Part shown: positions 38,343 through 45,149 of the stretch, in pieces | How the letters are laid out: each line of letters starts with the position of its first letter | How positions within the stretch are numbered: the first letter of the stretch is position 1 | Assembly (NCBI RefSeq): GCF_006345805.1 | Contig: NW_021834840.1 | Span: 1 to 45,149 of the forward strand | Direction of reading: 5' to 3' | Length of the DNA stretch: 45,149 bases | From: Octopus sinensis | Taxonomy: Eukaryota | The notes under the pieces: model-generated | What the model was told of the DNA's origin: nothing | What the model saw: the letters and a program-made list of their open reading frames with translations, nothing else | Databases searched by the model: none | Program-made: the position numbers and the translations under genes

Positions 38343-39306
38343 CATTTCACTTGTATTAAATGTTCAATATTGACATATTTTCATAAACTTATACAGCTTT
38401 ACAAACACGTGGGATTCACTACCAGATAGTTAGTGCAAGGGTGATAATTATTTCTTCGTAATATTCGGTAGGATTAGAAGTTTGAATTTGATAATAAAGA
38501 GTTAGGAAGAAGGACCATAAATATACAGAATATTTTTAATGCATTCTAATTACGGAGGTCTTAAAATTTCTAGTCTTTTGTAATCATATATTGTACCATT
38601 TTAGTCTTTTTAAGAATCACCAGCATGACACAAACCGAGGTACAGAAATTTAAAGTGTTATGAATAGAGATTTTCATATAGGTGGGAATACATTGCATAT
38701 ATAGGGTCTTGGTGTTGATTCCATCGTGTTTTGTCTTGAGCAAGCGCTCTTTATAATGGATTTGAGTTCACCCAAGTCGCATGAGAAAAATTGCGGAGAT
38801 GGAAAATATTTAGAAAAACCTCTGTGACTAATTGAACGTGTAACTCAATATCCTGTCCAACCACAAGGTCCTAGAAATGCAGATTTAGGTATCCATTTGA
38901 TGTCGCTACCATATCAATATCATTATAGACATCATGAGAACGGCCTTGACTAAAAGTAGACCAAACTGTGGTAGCTATCTCGAATGTCCTATATTTGTTT
39001 ACCTAAGCCTGACATGTTAGTTTCGTTTGACGATACCACGAAACTTTAAGCTTTAGGGAGCCAAATCAAACTGCGTAAGCTGTTGTACACCACATTTCGT
39101 TTGTCCACTAACACATATGTATATATATACACATACACACACACTTATATATGTATATATACACACACGCACACATATATGAGTGGCATACCTATACATA
39201 TGCATGTCTCTCTATATGTATATATATATAAACACATACACGCACACACACATATATATGTATGTATATATATATGTATATATATACATATATATGCAAC
39301 ATATAG

Positions 39307-39487
39307 ATAGGCGCAGCTGTAGCTGAGTGGTGAGAAGTTTGCATTGCAACTATATATCCGGTTTCAGTCCCTCTGCGTGGCACCTTGGGTATATGTCTTT
39401 TACCATAGCCTCGGGCGGACCAAAGTCTTGTGACTGGATTTGGTAGACAGAACCTGAAAGAACTCCGTCATAAAATGTGCGTGTGTG

Positions 39488-39525
<38 letters not shown>

Positions 39526-39770
39526 ATGTGTGTGTTTGTGTGAGTCTTTGCGTCTTCCTTTGCCGTCCTTCTCTCAGCTGTTGTGAAGCGATGTTAGTTT
39601 GTTTACATCCTCATATGCTAGTAGTTCGGCAAAAGAAAGCAAAATAATTGTTATCAAAATTAACAAAACAAATAACTCGTTACTGGGGGCGACGAATTCG
39701 TCTAAAACCCGAAAAGGTCCTGCTCCAGCATGGACTCTAATAATTGAATCAAACAAGCGTTAAAAGCTAA
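39307..39770 (+). mobile_element. SINE family B, full length, diverged
   Basis: ataggcgcagctgtagctgagtggt...ggtttcagtccctctgcgtggcaccttggg...(TG)n...tgctccagcatgg. Confidence 0.82.
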
Positions 39771-41019
39771 ATGTTTAGGTTTATTTCAATAGGAAGGAAA
39801 ATATTACAGGCGCACTCGGTTCCATTCGGTTACTATTTGCTATAGATCTTTCTTTACTCAAAGCTTTGGGAGTTCTTTCTGCTAATCGAAGTTTATTGAT
39901 TGTGCTATGATCACGTGTAATCTTTCTGTTAGATTTTCTTAACTGACAGCTTTGTTCTCTTGTGTGATGTTTGATTTTCTCCTGTTTATTGCGAAAGAAT
40001 ATTTTTAATTCCGGCTGGGTATTTGCATGGCTGCTGCTGCTGTTGTTGCTGTTGTTGTTGTTGTTGTTAATGATGATGATGATAATGATGATGATGGCGA
40101 CGACGACGACGACGATGATGATGTTATTGCATTTGTCTAACTGCAGGTCATCTTTGATCACGCAAAGCCTTGATCAAAGAAATACCATCCACGCCCATCT
40201 ATCATATTCACGTGTTTCTAAGAAGGTGGAGTATGTCTTTGCAGGAAAATGGATTGATTTTGATTCAGCCCTTTGCCCCCTAGGGAGCATAAGCTAGCGA
40301 CGACTTTTTCTCCACCGTTCTCGACGCTGAGGTATCTTTTCTGTCCCTCCCAGGTAGTGTTGGTTAAAAACACTCATCGACATTTCTATAACTTTCCTAG
40401 GTAGGGATATTAGCCCTATGTAAACCCATTTTAACCCCAAGAAGAGACGGTTCATGTCAGTCCGCCTTCTGTCCTTTTACCTATCCAGAATTCTAAACCC
40501 TAAGAGGAAGTTGTATTCCACTGGTCTAGCTCTCAGAAGCATTGAGGTCAAGAAGCGAACACACTGAAGGACTGGACCTTGTGTTTGTTGAAAAAGATTT
40601 GGTTGCTTAATAAAGCTACAAGTAAGTAGGAGGCGTCGAAGGGACCGACTCTAAAGTAGTCTAGGCTTTGTGCCTAGAATTATTAAAGCGTCGGACGAAA
40701 CTCCTATTGGTATTTCTTCCGGCTCTTTATGAGCTACTCTATATTCGCTACTTTCACCTGACATTCAAAGAATTTACGAGCGGCCGGCATTTCCCTCTCA
40801 AATACCATCACTTTCCTCTTCACCCTAGGCATCCTCTCCAACCCGCAACTTCGTCTCCACCCGCACCTTTCTCTCCACTCTCACCTTACTCTCTCCAAGA
40901 GGGGTTAACGAAACCTTTGCTTAAAAGGAAGGGCTCTGTCTCCAGTCCTTCCAAACTCATGCATAGATAAGCCGGTGGCTAGATCAGCAGCCCGGAATAA
41001 GCGATGCGAAGGAAAACAT

Positions 41020-41660
41020 CGTGGACTTTAGATCTCATCTTGACAGCCTACCTCGACCCTCGGCAGCGGAAAGTCTATAATAGCAGTAGATTGAGGATTT
41101 TATGATTGGTCGTATGAAATTCACGGCTAGCAACAGAACGAATTTTTTCCGAGTTTTGTAACCTGGATAATGGTGGGAAACAAAGGACAGGTAATTGATC
41201 AGGTCTGGTCCATACCTCTACTAAGCGATACTGCATGATGTTACCTAAGTTGCTGTCAAAGAGGTTGATGCTTGTTGTCGAAAGTATGGTTGAGAAAGCA
41301 TAGGGATGCAATTCAAATGCAAATCAACAGAAAACTCTCAAGTGTCGACCTTTGCTATTTGACTGCTATCTTCAAGACAGACGCTGTCGATTCCGTCTTC
41401 AGGAGGTTGATCGTGTCTATGTACAACGTTACTGACATGTGAGATTTTATCAATGAGCTCTTGTTGTGGTTTGGAGAGATCCATCTGTCAGCTATGTCCA
41501 CCGTGAAGATTGCTATGGTACCTGCTTTTGCCGTAAAGGCAGACATTCTTTCTCCACTTGACTTAGCTGTTGCGAAAGAAGTCGAGTTGGCAGTGAATTT
41601 GAAAGTACTGAATTCAGAGCCCTTCTTTTCAGCAGAGACCATATCAACATTTAGAAGTAT
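41020..41660 (+). mobile_element. Old, internally deleted Tx1-family remnant between imperfect inverted repeats (~40745-40875 and ~41667-41777)
   Basis: VDFRSHLDSLPRPSAAE ~ MDFSAYLIDLPRLSARE; VDLCYLTAIFKTDAVDSVFRRLIVSMY resembles the RT segment before YSGI; ELLLWFGEIHLS...LAVAKEV...LKVL ~ QLLSRVGRVRLS...MAMAKEC...LKGL of copy 1. Confidence 0.65.
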
Positions 41661-41884
41661 TACTTAGAGAGAAAGGTGCAGTTGGAGAGAAAGGTGAGGT
41701 TGGAGAGGAGGTAAGAGTAGTAGAGAGCGAGTTTCTGGCCGCGAGTAAATTCCTTCAATGTCAGGTGAGATTAGCGATTGTAGTACATGTGAACGAGTCT
41801 AATCTGAACATGCACCTCTACACCAAGAAACGAGGTGTGCGAGGGTTTTCTTTACGTTTATATATTACTCTTTCTTCATTTGCT

Positions 41885-42112
41885 CTTTTAATTGTTTCAG
41901 TCTTTTGATTGTGGCCATGCTGGAGCACTGCCTTCAGGCGAGTAATTCTTATTCTTTGTAAGCCTAGTACTTATTCTATTGGTCTCTTTTTACCTAACCG
42001 CTAAGTTACGGGGACATAAACACAACAGCATCAGTTGTCAAGCGCCGTTGGGGGGACAAACACAGACTCACAAACATATACACACACATACATACATATA
42101 CATACACACACA

Positions 42113-42166
<54 letters not shown>

Positions 42167-42397
42167 TATATATGGCGGTGCCCCAGCATGGCCACAGCTC
42201 AAGTGCTGAAACTGGAAAACATAAAGATATACGACGGGCTTCTTTCAGTTTCGGTCTACCAAATCCACTGACAAAGCTTTGGTCGGCCCTAGGCTATAGT
42301 AGAAGACACGGGCCCAAGGTGCCACGCAGTGGGACTGAAATCGGACCCATGTGGTTGGTAAGCAAGCTACTTACAACAAAGCCACTCCCACGCCTAT
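41885..42397 (-). mobile_element. SINE family B, full length, with an opposite-strand tail fragment (~42173-42222) inside its internal microsatellite
   Basis: Family motifs in order; ggcggtgccccagcatggccacagctc..tgaaactggaaaa on + strand within the (TA)n. Confidence 0.82.
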
Positions 42398-43024
42398 TTT
42401 AGTTAACCAAAATTCATTGAAATTTTCTTGTGGGAATTTCATCGATGCAGCTATGGCGGGCTTACTATGAATTGGTAAATCATGGTCAATAGGAACTTGT
42501 AGCAGGCCTTATTGTTAGTTGGAAAAGCAATAGGGAACATCAGTAACTGACTTCTTATATTGCTCTGCTATGACTTATAGATTTCTTTAGTCAATGTATG
42601 TCAGACTTCTTGTATTGCACGTCGTTTAGTTGCTTTGACATATTACAGTCTAACGAATTTAGGTGTCACACTCCAATCTATCAGTACAGGGACATATGTC
42701 TGGAACAGCAAATGTGTTGACAGTACAGACAGGAGTCTTGGCTTTGAGGTGAATCTTTAACATTTATTTCGATTCTGTCAAAAATATTCATTTTGATCTT
42801 TCTCAGAGAGCTTCGGCACAAGCACACACACACACAGACACACAGACACACACACACAGATACACACACACAGACACACACACACTCACACAAACTCACA
42901 TACACAAGTAGCGCACACACATTCACTCACACACACACACACGTGCGCCTGCACACATATACACACACTGTTCTACAATTATCTTTGTCCAAGTATTTGA
43001 AAAGTCTGAGTTGTCCAGTAACCT

Positions 43025-43025
<1 letters not shown>

Positions 43026-43066
<41 letters not shown>

Positions 43067-43120
43067 TATTTAATATTATTATTATTTTTTTTATTATTAT
43101 TATTATTATTGTTATTATTA

Positions 43121-43177
<57 letters not shown>

Positions 43178-43182
43178 GTAGT

Positions 43183-43225
<43 letters not shown>
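43026..43225. repeat. (TAT)n then (TAG)n microsatellite
   Basis: Directly visible. Confidence 0.97.
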
Positions 43226-43795
43226 CCCCTCCGTTATATTCCGAATCATCTGCTCGACTAAGCCAGTCTGCCTTGTTTTATTGTCACCTTCTTGAGTTTC
43301 TCCAGTCAAAAGGACATCTTAGTGCGTTTATTAAACTACTTGACAACACTGTGGAGACAGTTAAGCTGGCGAACGTTTGCAGAACACAATTTTACGTCAT
43401 CTTTGAAACGAAGATGATGGACGTACTCTCTCTTATCTGTCCTTGTCTGACGTTCCCACTGTCTCTCACGTTCCCTCTGTCCCTCTATGCCTCTCTCTGG
43501 GCTCTGTCCCACTCTTTCTCACGCTCTGTCTTTCTCTTTATATATATATATAATATATATATATATATTATATCTGCTTCTCTCTCCACGTCGTATCCTG
43601 AATTGTATTTATTTTTTCATCAGTTAGTTTGAAGGTAAGAAGCATCAGACGAAATGAGGGCCAGGAGTAAGATATTCCCGCGTGACTGGAGCTTAAAGAC
43701 GTACTGTTGTTGCCAACTGTAAAAACTGTCACGTCTTCATTGTTTGTTTTAATGATGTTCACCACGGTGTCATCAAATTGACGTACGTTCTGACA

Positions 43796-43804
43796 ACATC
43801 ATCC

Positions 43805-43835
<31 letters not shown>

Positions 43836-43846
43836 TATTATTATTA

Positions 43847-43887
<41 letters not shown>
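43796..43887. repeat. (CAT)n/(TAT)n microsatellite
   Basis: Directly visible. Confidence 0.95.
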
Positions 43888-43888
<1 letters not shown>

Positions 43889-44397
43889 GGTGACAACGAC
43901 AAAACATGGAAAATGTTATCTAATATTTTATTACATCGTTCTGCTGAAGTGTTTTACATCGAAAGCAATGTATGTCACTGGGTCACTATAAACCTGCCAA
44001 ACTTCGCTTCTAATATTTCACAATAATGTGTTGTAGATTCTCCCTCCGCTCGTGCGATCTTCTGTTGGTGTTATAACTCCAAAATATCAAACCAGATTTC
44101 ACTTTGACGTTTATGGATTTCAACTAAGTTTTGTTTTCTTTACAGATTCCACAAAACTGATATTACCCAAGCCTCTCGAGAAAACATTTAAAATGAACAA
44201 AAATGAAAAAAAAAAAGATCATTCCAGATTGTTTTTAATTTGTTCATTGCAAATATCACATTGGAAGAATATGAGAGATTAAGAAGATTAAATTTTTGAA
44301 AAAATACTCTTTTTTCTATTTATTATTTCTACTGTCACATCATTAAAAAGGATTGCGTCACAGGATTGGTGTCGACCAAAGTCCACACACTGAAATT

Positions 44398-44553
44398 TAT
44401 ATTATTATCTTTATATTATTATAATTGTTGTTGTTGTTGTTGTTCTTTTTGCTACTGTTATTCTTATTCATATTCTTATTCTTATTCTTATTATTCTTAT
44501 TATTATTATTGTTATTATTATTATTATTATCATTATTATTATTATTATTATTA

Positions 44554-44590
<37 letters not shown>

Positions 44591-44616
44591 CATTATTATT
44601 ATTATCATTATTATTG

Positions 44617-44660
<44 letters not shown>

Positions 44661-44680
44661 GTTATTATTATTATTATTTT
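44398..44680. repeat. (TAT)n/(TGT)n microsatellite
   Basis: Directly visible; source of the poly-Y and poly-L ORFs. Confidence 0.97.
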
Positions 44681-45149
44681 AGATAAGAATAAACAAATAA
44701 TTAATTGTATTTATCGACTTGAATTCAAGATTTTTGTTTGTGTTTTTGATTTGCTTGTTGACTTTTTACTTATTTTTCTTTCCTTTTCTTTTTTTTTTTT
44801 TCAATCGGACTTCAAATTTTAATTCTATAACATTTTCAACTTTGTTTACAATTCGATTTCCCACGTTCCTGTTTTTCGTTTCCGAAATGGAAAAATATTT
44901 CTTTCCTAACCTTGAAATGCTATTTTATTTCTATTTTGGACGAGAAAAAGAAAACGCCGGAAAATACGTAAGAAAAATAAAACGAATTTTTGTCTCTTTT
45001 AATTCTAAAAATAACGTAAGATTGAAAAGAAAATATTAGTAAAGAATTATAAAATATGGAAGTGAAAATAATATCAAGATCGGTTAACACTATGATCGAA
45101 GTAGCTATATGCACTGATATCTCATATGGCAACTAAACCAGATATTATC

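Larger units (their letters stand above)
36901..39110 (+). repeat. Pair of ~105-bp direct repeats (36901-37005 and 39005-39110)
   Basis: aagcctga..tagtttcgttt(c/g)acgataccacgaaactttaag...aatcaaactgcg...caccac.tttcgtt.gt.cacta in both. Confidence 0.85.

Noticed and set aside
40031-40125. Compound trinucleotide run as a coding low-complexity region
   Set aside because: Pure slippage-type blocks with no coding-like flanks or splice evidence

Overview
Eukaryotic, AT-rich, microsatellite-saturated genomic DNA that is intergenic or deep-intronic. The SINE families and the (GATA)n/(TA)n/(TAT)n density strongly resemble an octopus (coleoid cephalopod) genome; this is inferred from pattern recognition only. 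I cannot support any intact host gene, and most ORFs in the track are microsatellite artefacts. The window is a retroelement graveyard. It holds three copies of one Tx1-clade (L1-group) LINE family plus an older scrambled relative, two R4/Dong-clade remnants, a CR1-group LINE, three RTE fragments (one 5'-inverted), over 20 tRNA-derived SINE copies from three families, and Penelope-type minimal hammerhead ribozyme motifs. The most interesting signal is an apparent Tx1 LINE/SINE system. All three LINE copies start at a (TATC)n array in the same orientation, which suggests targeting of (GATA)n microsatellites. The last ~42 nt of the LINE are also shared with one tail variant of the commonest SINE. 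Other notable items are a 450-bp foldback carrying two hammerheads, a 104-bp-arm hairpin, a templated 0.55-kb insertion that splits a SINE, and one low-complexity island (Pro/His/Gly-rich) that might be an exon.
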